Positions 46,745-54,912 of a stretch of 64,000 bases of DNA are shown in pieces. Origin of the DNA: an uncultured Candidatus Saccharibacteria bacterium. Its GTDB lineage: Bacteria > Patescibacteriota > Andersenbacteria > UBA10190. A model generated the notes under the pieces. The model saw only the letters and a program-made list of their open reading frames with translations, was not told the DNA's origin and ran no database searches. The stretch covers positions 21,993 through 85,992 of the forward strand of contig CAYHTZ010000003.1 of assembly GCA_964359735.1 (NCBI GenBank), read 5' to 3'. The number at the start of each line of letters is the position of its first letter. The first letter of the stretch is position 1. Position numbers and translations under genes: made by a program.

Positions 46745-47263
46745 ATGGCCCATGAGACAATAATCGCACTCCTGGAGCGATACGTGCCTGAACGCTACGT
46801 GGGCTCGGCCAAGCAATTCCTGAAATTTGCGGTGGTAGGCTCGGTCGGCGCCATCGTGGATTTCGGCAGCTACAACATTATGACGCGCCTCTTCGACTGG
46901 AACACGATTTACCACGTTTTCGGCCTTCAGATTATCGCCGCCAACCTGGTGAGCGTCTTCGTGGCGATTATGTGTAATTTTCTTTTGAATAAGTATTGGA
47001 CATTCCGTAACCCGAGCAAATCTGTGCTGCAGCAGGGGGCCGGCTACTTTACGCTCAACTTCATTACCTTTGTGCTGAACCAAATTCTGACTTCTTTCTT
47101 CGCGTTTCAAGTGCCGATCGTGGGGGCGGTCTTCGGGAATCAGCGAGATAATGCAGCTAAGGTAATTTCAGTCGGCTTTATTCTCTTTATCAATTTTTTT
47201 GGCAGCAAATTCATAATCTTCCGCAAAAAGCCTGTGCAAACAGTAGAGAATTCTGTAGGGTAA
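46745..47263 (+). CDS. GtrA-family membrane protein (polysaccharide/glycosylation-associated)
   Basis: 'FAVVGSVGAIVDFGSYNIM...ANLVSVFVAIMCNFLLNKYWTFRN' GtrA signature, 4 TM. Confidence 0.75.
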   Translation: MAHETIIALLERYVPERYVGSAKQFLKFAVVGSVGAIVDFGSYNIMTRLFDWNTIYHVFGLQIIAANLVSVFVAIMCNFLLNKYWTFRNPSKSVLQQGAGYFTLNFITFVLNQILTSFFAFQVPIVGAVFGNQRDNAAKVISVGFILFINFFGSKFIIFRKKPVQTVENSVG

Positions 47264-47272
47264 GGTTGAAAT

Positions 47273-48682
47273 ATGACCACACTCTACCGGAAATACCGGC
47301 CCCGGGAGTTCCAGGACATCATGGGGCAGGACCACGTCACCAAGACGTTAGCCGCCGCTGTCGAGAAGCAGAGAATTGCCCACGCGTATCTCTTTTACGG
47401 CGCACGGGGAACGGGAAAGACCACGACCGCTCGTGTACTGGCACAGAATTTGGGAGCTTCGGGACTCAACGTGATTGAAATTGATGCGGCTTCCAACCGG
47501 GGCATCGACGACATTCGCTCACTCCGGGAGAACGTGGCGCTCTCGCCCACGGAAGGAAAATACAAAGTGTACATCATTGACGAAGTGCACATGCTCACAA
47601 AAGAAGCTTTCTCAGCATTGCTTAAAACACTCGAGGAGCCGGTAAAACACGTGGTTTTCATTTTGGCTACGACTGAGCTCCACAAGGTGCCGGCGACAAT
47701 TATCTCGCGCTGCCAGGTCTACCGTTTTCGCCGAGCCACCGATGAGGAAATGCGGCAGCGCCTGTCATGGATCTTGCAGCAGGAGAAGCGGGAGGTAGCG
47801 GATGACGCGATAGACTTCCTCGTAGCCCGCAGCGACGGCTGCTACCGGGATGCTGAGTCTCTCCTAGGACAAGTGCTCACCTGGAAAGAGGGGAAGATAA
47901 CCGCGGAGGACCTGGCCTCATTCCTGGGATTGCCAGAGCGCGAACTGTTAGAGCAATTTCTGGCGGCACTGGTGGGCGGTAGCGCCCAGGCGGCGCTCTC
48001 CACCATCGACGCCGTCTACAACGAAGGGGTAGACCCAGACCAATTCCTCCATGAATCCATACGCGCGGCGCGGGACGAAGCCCTTCGACTTGCTACGCTC
48101 GCTCAGGGTAAAGCCGCAGATATGCAAAAGTTATCACGGTTACCGGTAATTATTCGCGCCTTACTACAGGCGGTACAAGATTTGGCGTACGTGCCGGAGC
48201 CCCGGGTAGCGCTACAGCTGGCGGCGCTCTCTGTGACAACTTCGAGTGAAATCGTGCCCCGGGGTTCGCAGGCTGCTCCGCCACCTGCGAAAGCATTGGC
48301 GCCGGCTCTTATCAAAAGTAAAAAAGCCCCCGAGCAGCCAGGCAACGTGAGTGCCGTCAAAAAAGTCTGGGCCAAGCTCATCACGAACGTAAAATCCGCC
48401 AACCCTGTGGCCTCAACGTTTTTGCGGGCAACAGATCCGACAGCGTGGGGAGAAGGTATCATAACAGTGCGAGTGCAATATCCACTGCACCGCAACTTTT
48501 TTGAGAGGCCGGAGAACAAAAAAATAGTGGAAGAAGAGCTGAGCAAACTTTTAGACACTCCCGTGACGGTGCGCTTTCAGTTAGAAGAGCCGACCATAAC
48601 TTCAGGAGTGGCAGTTCAACAGGTCCAGAAGCAAGAAGAGGACCTCTTCGAGGCGGCCAAGCAAGTGTTTGCAAAGAAGTAA
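47273..48682 (+). CDS. dnaX: DNA polymerase III subunit gamma/tau
   Basis: 'LYRKYRPREFQDIMGQDHVTKTLAAAVEKQRIAHAYLFYGARGTGKTTTARVLAQ', 'IIDEVHMLT', 'TIISRCQ'. Confidence 0.9.
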   Translation: MTTLYRKYRPREFQDIMGQDHVTKTLAAAVEKQRIAHAYLFYGARGTGKTTTARVLAQNLGASGLNVIEIDAASNRGIDDIRSLRENVALSPTEGKYKVYIIDEVHMLTKEAFSALLKTLEEPVKHVVFILATTELHKVPATIISRCQVYRFRRATDEEMRQRLSWILQQEKREVADDAIDFLVARSDGCYRDAESLLGQVLTWKEGKITAEDLASFLGLPERELLEQFLAALVGGSAQAALSTIDAVYNEGVDPDQFLHESIRAARDEALRLATLAQGKAADMQKLSRLPVIIRALLQAVQDLAYVPEPRVALQLAALSVTTSSEIVPRGSQAAPPPAKALAPALIKSKKAPEQPGNVSAVKKVWAKLITNVKSANPVASTFLRATDPTAWGEGIITVRVQYPLHRNFFERPENKKIVEEELSKLLDTPVTVRFQLEEPTITSGVAVQQVQKQEEDLFEAAKQVFAKK

Positions 48683-48685
48683 TTT

Positions 48686-49540
48686 TTGTGGTTTGATACG
48701 GGTATGCCAGAAGGTCAAGAGGTGAGTCACTTTCGCAAGGTAAGCGCTCGCGTCGATCAGTACCCAGCAGGGTCAGTGGGTGCTCAGATTGATGGGAATC
48801 TCGTGCAAATCAGCGCTGCGTTGGCTACCGCAAAGGCTGATACTGATCCACGCGCTCGAAAACGAGAGTTGGCTCTTACTAGACTACAGACGTTTTACGG
48901 TGATTTGCGTTTAGAGCTGGACGCGGAAGATAAACTTGCCACTCCCGATTCCGCTTTGACGGTCGCAGCGGGAATACTTGCAAAAGCAATTGAACGAGAA
49001 GAGGTATTGCCAGCCGAGGCGCTCTTGAAAACTGCCCAGTTAGCTAACGGATTCGGAGATCTGCGAGACTTTGTTGCGAAGACTCCGCGCATGCGGCCGG
49101 TCGGCTGGGAAGCGTCTCAGCGCGCCGAGGTGGGGGTAAAACCAGTAGAATACCCACCAGGCTCGGTAGGAGAACTCTTGCAGCGGGCACTCGACAGTGT
49201 TACGCATGGGCTTGCTGAAGAAGGAAACCCCACAGGGGAGCTGATAAGCGAAAGAGCGCTAAGACTCAGGCGATTAGATACGTTCTACCGTGCTCTGGGA
49301 AATTTACTAGAGACCCAGAAACTGACTCTGGTTGATCACCCTACAGTGGTGAACACGATCGGTGCAATGGCGAGAGCGGTGGATAGAGGGGAGTTATCGA
49401 TAACCGACGCTTTGGTTAGAATTCCTCCCCTAGTTATGCATTACTCGCGAATAGGACAGCGAGGTGGAGGACACCCGCTATTCAGAACGGTCGGGCACGA
49501 GGAAGAAATTGATCCACCGAACCCACCTGACAAGCAGTGA
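48686..49540 (+). CDS. Hypothetical protein with a two-fold internal repeat
   Basis: Repeat units 'YPAGSVGAQIDGNLVQI...RARKRELALTRLQTFYGDLRLELD' and 'YPPGSVGELLQRALDSV...SERALRLRRLDTFYRALGNLLE'. No known domain. Confidence 0.45.
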   Translation: MWFDTGMPEGQEVSHFRKVSARVDQYPAGSVGAQIDGNLVQISAALATAKADTDPRARKRELALTRLQTFYGDLRLELDAEDKLATPDSALTVAAGILAKAIEREEVLPAEALLKTAQLANGFGDLRDFVAKTPRMRPVGWEASQRAEVGVKPVEYPPGSVGELLQRALDSVTHGLAEEGNPTGELISERALRLRRLDTFYRALGNLLETQKLTLVDHPTVVNTIGAMARAVDRGELSITDALVRIPPLVMHYSRIGQRGGGHPLFRTVGHEEEIDPPNPPDKQ

Positions 49541-49606
49541 TCAGCAGTTTTGTTGAGATCACCTGGCTTGCGAAAGCTGTGGTTTGACCGTTACATAGAA
49601 CGTATA

Positions 49607-49704
49607 TTCCCGGGGTCGTCTAACCACCGCCTCAAGCGGGGCTCCGCCAAAGGCGGGAGTGGCTCCCGCAGCAGCGGAGTTCCGCCAGCTGGCGGGAACA
49701 GGAC
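49607..49704 (+). repeat. tRNA 5'-half-like repeat unit A (starts TTCCCGGGGTCGTCTAA; conserved CCGCC-AAA-GGCGG hairpin; internal expansion)
   Basis: Shares its first 16 nt with the tRNA-Gln at 50030 and about 80% identity with unit B (49959-50028). Ends ...GAACAGGAC, 7 nt before the GIY-YIG ATG. Confidence 0.5.
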
Positions 49705-49710
49705 TTGCCT

Positions 49711-49974
49711 ATGTCTTACTTCACTTACGTTCTCCAGAGTCAAAAAACAGGTCGGTATTACGTAGGTTCAGCTACAAACATCCCAGCGCGACTTAAAAGA
49801 CATAACTCCGGGTATGTACGATCAACAAAAGCGGGTCTCCCTTACATTTTGGTTTATCAAGAGGAGCATCCAACTAAACAAGATGCGTATCGTCGAGAAA
49901 GAGAAATCAAAAGGTATAAAGGTGGAAATGCTTTCAAAAAGCTAGTACAATCGTCACACTCCGGGATCGTCTAA
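49711..49974 (+). CDS. GIY-YIG nuclease family protein (small, YhbQ/UPF0213-like)
   Basis: 'YFTYVLQSQKTGRYYVGSATNIPARLKRHNSG...PYILVYQEEHPTKQDAYRREREIKRYKG' gives GIY...YIG, R and E of the GIY-YIG fold. Stop codon TAA lies inside repeat unit B (atcgTCTAA). Confidence 0.75.
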   Translation: MSYFTYVLQSQKTGRYYVGSATNIPARLKRHNSGYVRSTKAGLPYILVYQEEHPTKQDAYRREREIKRYKGGNAFKKLVQSSHSGIV

Positions 49975-50028
49975 TGGCCACCGCAGTAGCGGGGTCCCGC
50001 CAAAGGCGGGGACAGGACTCTGGAGGTA
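49959..50028 (+). repeat. tRNA 5'-half-like repeat unit B (CTCCGGGATCGTCTAA...GTCCCGCC-AAA-GGCGGGGAC hairpin...ACAGGACTCTGGAGG)
   Basis: Diverged copy of unit A. Ends 1 nt before the intact tRNA-Gln, whose 5' 16 nt it repeats. Confidence 0.5.
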
Positions 50029-50029
50029 T

Positions 50030-50103
50030 TCCGGGGTCGTCTAAAGGCAGGACGGGAGGCTTTGGACCTCCTAATATAGGTTCGATTCCTATCCCCGGAA
50101 CCA
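50030..50103 (+). tRNA. tRNA-Gln (anticodon UUG), CCA encoded
   Basis: Hand-folded. Acceptor TCCGGGG/CCCCGGA 7 bp. D-arm GTCT-AAAGGCA-GGAC. Anticodon stem GGAGG/CCTCC with loop CTTTGGA (U33, anticodon TTG). T-arm ATAGG-TTCGATT-CCTAT. Discriminator A + CCA. Confidence 0.8.
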
Positions 50104-50154
50104 CGTCGGCAAAATTTTGACTTTTGGGGGATTTTTATAATAGTGTGATGCCAT

Positions 50155-52194
50155 ATGATAAACGCTTTGAGCTTTTCGCTGATTGTGCCGGTGGCCGCAC
50201 TGCTTTTTGTGTGGTGGCTGTACCGGTGGATCATGGCGAAAGATCCGGGCTCGGCAGAAATGCAGGAGATCGGGGGTGCCATTCAGGAAGGGGCGGCCGC
50301 ATTCTTAAAGCGTCAATATAAAACCATTGCCGTGATCGGCATCGTGGTAGCGGTAGCCCTCTGGGTCATGTACAGCTTGCTGGGAAAGGGGGATTTGGGG
50401 CAGCACACAGCGGTTTCTTTCCTCTTAGGAGCCATTCTCTCAGCTGTTTCAGGAGTGATCGGCATGATGGTGGCCGTACGCACCAATGTGAGAAGTGCGG
50501 CCGGAGCCAAGCACGGCTTTGCCGAGGCGCTCACGATTGCGCTACGGGGCGGGGCTGTCTCGGGTATCACGATTGTGGCGCTCAGTTTAATCGGCATCGC
50601 CGGGCTATTCATGGTGTATCAGTGGCTCGGATTTGCAACTGAAGAAATTCCTTCCTTGATCGTCGGCTTCGGTTTCGGAGCTTCTTTGGTGGCTTTGTTC
50701 GCGCAACTGGGCGGCGGCATCTACACCAAAGCGGCGGACGTCGGCGCAGATTTAGTCGGAAAAATTGAAGCAGGTATTCCCGAAGACGATCCGCGTAACC
50801 CGGCAGTCGTGGCAGACTTGGTGGGCGATAATGTAGGGGATTGCGCCGGGCGCGGAGCAGATTTATTTGAGTCAACCGCGGCGGAAAATATTGGGGCCAT
50901 GATCCTGGGCGTAGCGCTCTTTCCCGTGTTCGGGGTAGCGGGCATTTTCTACCCCTTGGTACTACGCGCGTTTGGGCTGATTGCTTCTGTGGTTGGCGTC
51001 ATGGCGGCTCGTAGCAGAAACACGGATAGCCCGATGGCGGCTTTGAATCGGGGTTTCTACGTCACGGCGGCGCTAGCGGCCGTAGCGTTTTACTTCGTGA
51101 CCGACCAAATGCTCGGGAACACCTGGTTCTTCTGGACGGGTTTGGTGGGTATCGCTACAAGTCTTGTCTTCATCTACATCACACAGTATTACACCGAAGC
51201 GAAGTACCGCCCGGTTAAGGAAATAGCTGAGGCTTCTCAAACAGGGCACGGCACAAACATTATTTCCGGTTACGCCGTGGGTTTGGAATCAACCGGGCTG
51301 ACGGTGCTCACAATTTCCATCGCACTCTTCGTGGCATATAAGCTCGGGGTCATGTCGGGAGTGGAAGGCGGGGGACTCTACGGCACGGCAGTGGCCACGA
51401 TGGGAATGTTAGCCACGGCGGCATACGTGCTCGCTATGGACACGTTTGGGCCGATTGTCGACAACGGCGCAGGTATTGCAGAGTTCGCAGGCGCGGGAGA
51501 TTCCATGCGCGAAGTTATGGATAAATTGGATGCAGCCGGCAACACGACGAAAGCTTTAACGAAAGGGTATGCCATCGGCAGCGCGGCCTTGGCAGCGTTC
51601 TTGCTCTTTACGGCGTACTTGGAAGAAGTTCACCTCGAAGTGGTGGACTTAGCCAAAGTGGAAGTCTTCATCGGGGCTTTGGTAGGTGCCACGCTGGTGT
51701 TTGTGTTCTCCTCATTCGCGATTCGCGCGGTCAGCAGGGCAGCGTACTCCATCATCAACGAAGTTCGCCGGCAGTTTAAGGAACGCCCAGGGATCATGGC
51801 CGGCACAGAAAAGCCGGATTACTCTCGAGCAGTGGACATTACGACGCAGGGTGCGCTCAAGCAAATGATTTTGCCGGGTATGCTGGCAGTGGTTGTGCCC
51901 GTGGCCGTCGGCCTCTTACTGGGAGCTGAAGCGGAAGCGGGACTCATTATGGTAGGCACGATCGCAGGCATTTTGATGGCCACGCTGATGAACAACGCCG
52001 GTGGAGCCTGGGATAATGCGAAGAAATGGATTGAGCAAGGCAACTTGGGCGGTAAAAAATCTCCGACCCATCAAGCGGCTGTTACCGGGGACACAGTAGG
52101 CGACCCATTTAAGGACACCGCCGGGCCTTCACTGCACGTTTTGATCAAACTCCTGGCCACGCTGACCTTGGCGCTCGCCCCACTGTTTATCTAG
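50155..52194 (+). CDS. hppA: Membrane-bound H+/Na+-translocating pyrophosphatase
   Basis: 'GGGIYTKAADVGADLVGKIEAGIPEDDPRNPAVVADLVGDNVGDCAGRGADLFES' and 'GDTVGDPFKDTAGPSL' signatures. 679 aa, about 16 TM. Confidence 0.9.
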   Translation: MINALSFSLIVPVAALLFVWWLYRWIMAKDPGSAEMQEIGGAIQEGAAAFLKRQYKTIAVIGIVVAVALWVMYSLLGKGDLGQHTAVSFLLGAILSAVSGVIGMMVAVRTNVRSAAGAKHGFAEALTIALRGGAVSGITIVALSLIGIAGLFMVYQWLGFATEEIPSLIVGFGFGASLVALFAQLGGGIYTKAADVGADLVGKIEAGIPEDDPRNPAVVADLVGDNVGDCAGRGADLFESTAAENIGAMILGVALFPVFGVAGIFYPLVLRAFGLIASVVGVMAARSRNTDSPMAALNRGFYVTAALAAVAFYFVTDQMLGNTWFFWTGLVGIATSLVFIYITQYYTEAKYRPVKEIAEASQTGHGTNIISGYAVGLESTGLTVLTISIALFVAYKLGVMSGVEGGGLYGTAVATMGMLATAAYVLAMDTFGPIVDNGAGIAEFAGAGDSMREVMDKLDAAGNTTKALTKGYAIGSAALAAFLLFTAYLEEVHLEVVDLAKVEVFIGALVGATLVFVFSSFAIRAVSRAAYSIINEVRRQFKERPGIMAGTEKPDYSRAVDITTQGALKQMILPGMLAVVVPVAVGLLLGAEAEAGLIMVGTIAGILMATLMNNAGGAWDNAKKWIEQGNLGGKKSPTHQAAVTGDTVGDPFKDTAGPSLHVLIKLLATLTLALAPLFI

Positions 52195-52209
52195 TGATAG
52201 GCTGCACGT

Positions 52210-53298
52210 ATGGTGCAGGCCTTGAGTGTTTCGCAGTTTGTAGAGCTCATAAATGTCACCCTCTCTGAACTAGAGGACATTACCGTGGAAGGGGAAGTCG
52301 GGGAATACAAAGTCATCCACAACAAGTGGGTTACGTTCCAACTGAAGGATGAACGCTCAAACGTAGGCTGTTTTATGCCGGTGTGGGAACTCAGAACAGC
52401 CGTGGAGGATGGAATGCTGGTACGTGTAGTCGGGCAGCCGAAATTGCGCGATAAAGGTTTTTTCAGTTTTGTGCTGAGAGCCGTACAACCAGCGGGCGAG
52501 GGGTCGCTCAAGCGAGCGTTTGAGCTGTTGCGCATGAAGCTCTCAGAAGAGGGGCTATTCGCGGCGGAGCGCAAACGGCCGTTGCCGCAATTTCCTCAGC
52601 ATGTGGCACTCATCACCTCGCGCGATGCGGCGGCCTACAGCGACTTCCTCAAGATTCTCAAGGGAAGGATCGGCGGGCTTACCATCTCGTTCATTCATAC
52701 CCAAGTACAGGGAGAAGACGCACCCGCGCAGTTAATCCGGGCGCTCGAGCAGGCGAATACAGATTTAAAAGATTTAGATGCGATTGTGATGGTGCGCGGC
52801 GGCGGCAGCTTGGAAGACTTACAAGCGTTTAACGATGAACATGTGGTGCGCGCAGTGGCCGCCTCCCGTACACCCACCATTATTGGCATCGGACACGAAC
52901 GGGATGTAACGCTGGCGGAGCTGGCGGCAGACGTACGCGCGTCAACTCCCAGTAATGCGGCGGAGCTCCTGGTGAGATCCCGCCAAGAACTTTTTCTGCA
53001 ACTCTCCGGCTGGCAGAATTTTCTCTCGAACCGAGTGCAGGAGCATTTACAACGACAACGGCACTTTATAGAACACGGCGTCAGTGTTCTCAAGGGGCAG
53101 ATGCGCGCCACCATGCAACACGTGGCCCAACTCGTGCGCATGCTGAAATCCCTTTCTCCCGAGGAAACCTTAAAGCGTGGATACAGCATTACCCAGACAG
53201 TTGAGGGGACAGTACTGAAAGAGACGAACCAAGTGAAAGTAAAGCAGAGAATTAAAACACGGCTATGGAAAGGGGAGTTTGACTCAATAGTGAAATAA
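52210..53298 (+). CDS. xseA: Exodeoxyribonuclease VII large subunit
   Basis: N-terminal OB-fold 'LSVSQFVELINVTLS...ITVEGEVGEYKVIHNKWVTFQLKDERSNVGC', catalytic core 'VALITSRDAAAYSDFLKIL...MVRGGGSLEDLQAFNDEHVVRAV'. Confidence 0.85.
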   Translation: MVQALSVSQFVELINVTLSELEDITVEGEVGEYKVIHNKWVTFQLKDERSNVGCFMPVWELRTAVEDGMLVRVVGQPKLRDKGFFSFVLRAVQPAGEGSLKRAFELLRMKLSEEGLFAAERKRPLPQFPQHVALITSRDAAAYSDFLKILKGRIGGLTISFIHTQVQGEDAPAQLIRALEQANTDLKDLDAIVMVRGGGSLEDLQAFNDEHVVRAVAASRTPTIIGIGHERDVTLAELAADVRASTPSNAAELLVRSRQELFLQLSGWQNFLSNRVQEHLQRQRHFIEHGVSVLKGQMRATMQHVAQLVRMLKSLSPEETLKRGYSITQTVEGTVLKETNQVKVKQRIKTRLWKGEFDSIVK

Positions 53299-53352
53299 CA
53301 TCCCTCTTGACATTCTAGTGATAGTTCTGCATGTTAATTTCGGATCTACCTT

Positions 53353-54657
53353 ATGCCTTTGTTTGAACAATCATTGCCAGAACACCGAGGCCAGCTCGGC
53401 GAAAGGTTGTCACAGACATTATCTCAAGCGAGAACTCAAGTAGGCGCTTATGAATATAAGACTGGGTCAGCAACCGTTCCCGAAGCGGAGCGCGCTGCCC
53501 ACCAATTTGCCGCGGCCAGCGGATATACCATGCTGCTCGCAGAATTCAATCGGGGTTCGCAAATGGATGTTGACATGGCTCGAGCAGCGGCGATTGAAGG
53601 AAGGCGCCAACTTGCGGGGGCGCAGGAGCTTATCGGACAAATACGAGAGGCGATCGGTTCAGACGATAGCTCGCTGCCGCAGCTTGCGACACGACTTTTT
53701 CATCACCTCATGGATCTGCGCGCTTCGGCGCTTGCCACAGGTCGGGTTTTGGTAGAACAGTACGAGATAACGAGAGATCGTGCCCTGAGCTCGGATGAAA
53801 CTATCAATTTATTCCAGACTGAGTTCCTGGGGCTCTTACGACAGATTAGTGCAGACGGGGATCTGTGCGAAGTGCTAAGTACCCAGGTTGATTCTAATCT
53901 TCCTCTGGCTTTCATCAGACACATGCAGGCAGGAGAAACTCTCGAGGTTTCTTCGTTCATTCGCGGCGGCAGTCCGGACGATGTGGAGCGTCTGGAACAA
54001 TCTCAACTCACGCTGTTACTCCTGCGGTCCTTCATGGACAGAACTTCTTATGCCAAGCTGCTAACTGGCCACTTAACCGATGATCCAGGCAAGCGCCCGA
54101 ACTACTTCGAAAGACATGAACTTGAGGGATTTGTAGCCCGCCACGTGAAAGCGGGGCTAGCACCTGAGGAAATTGCACTCTTGGTAAAGCTACAAATACT
54201 TAAGAATACATACCGGGATGACCCTGCTGGATGGGGGGACCTTCTCTACAATAACGCTATCTACGCTATGCTTTTTTCAAGGGCAACCGATGACTTTGGG
54301 GGAGGAGGCAGCACAATTGAATACGTTAGAGAATTCCAGATGATGGGGCCTGATACATACATTTCGGCCAATGAGAAGATCCTTGACTACCTCATTCAAG
54401 CGCGAGGCAACGGATCCTTCGAACAAATGCTGGTCTGGGGGAGAAGTGTTAAATATGGGACACTTCCTTACGATGAAAGTCTTTTGCGGCCATTATATGA
54501 GCATACGGGCGGGTATCGGGATGCAGTTCAAAAGTACCTTAAAGGAGAACTGACGAAGGACAGTTGGGCCGAGGCCTATGGCAGGTACTACCGACTGTGT
54601 GACCATTTGGAACATTTGCTAAAAGTAGCTGACGAGGAAGATAGCCAGGAAAAATGA
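53353..54657 (+). CDS. Hypothetical cytoplasmic alpha-helical protein (434 aa) inserted between xseA and xseB
   Basis: Clean ORF with normal composition. No motif recognised. Confidence 0.5.
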   Translation: MPLFEQSLPEHRGQLGERLSQTLSQARTQVGAYEYKTGSATVPEAERAAHQFAAASGYTMLLAEFNRGSQMDVDMARAAAIEGRRQLAGAQELIGQIREAIGSDDSSLPQLATRLFHHLMDLRASALATGRVLVEQYEITRDRALSSDETINLFQTEFLGLLRQISADGDLCEVLSTQVDSNLPLAFIRHMQAGETLEVSSFIRGGSPDDVERLEQSQLTLLLLRSFMDRTSYAKLLTGHLTDDPGKRPNYFERHELEGFVARHVKAGLAPEEIALLVKLQILKNTYRDDPAGWGDLLYNNAIYAMLFSRATDDFGGGGSTIEYVREFQMMGPDTYISANEKILDYLIQARGNGSFEQMLVWGRSVKYGTLPYDESLLRPLYEHTGGYRDAVQKYLKGELTKDSWAEAYGRYYRLCDHLEHLLKVADEEDSQEK

Positions 54658-54699
54658 CGCCGTTTCCATCATTTTGGTGGATTCTGTTACACTCTTCTC

Positions 54700-54912
54700 A
54701 TGCCAAAAAAGAAATTCAATTTTGCGAAAGCGTACCAGGAACTGGAGCAGATTGTGCAGGAGTTTGAGTCACGGGAGATTGATTTAGAAAAAGACCTGCC
54801 GAAGTTCGAGCGGGGAATGGAGTTGGCGCAGCAGCTCACGAAGCAACTTAAGGAGATGGAAAACAAAGTGGTTGAAGTGGAGCGAAAATTTGGGAATAGC
54901 GAAGACGTATGA
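54700..54912 (+). CDS. xseB: Exodeoxyribonuclease VII small subunit
   Basis: 70 aa 'FAKAYQELEQIVQEFESREIDLEKDLPKFERGMELAQQLTKQLKEMENKV' is the XseB helical-hairpin signature. Confidence 0.8.
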   Translation: MPKKKFNFAKAYQELEQIVQEFESREIDLEKDLPKFERGMELAQQLTKQLKEMENKVVEVERKFGNSEDV

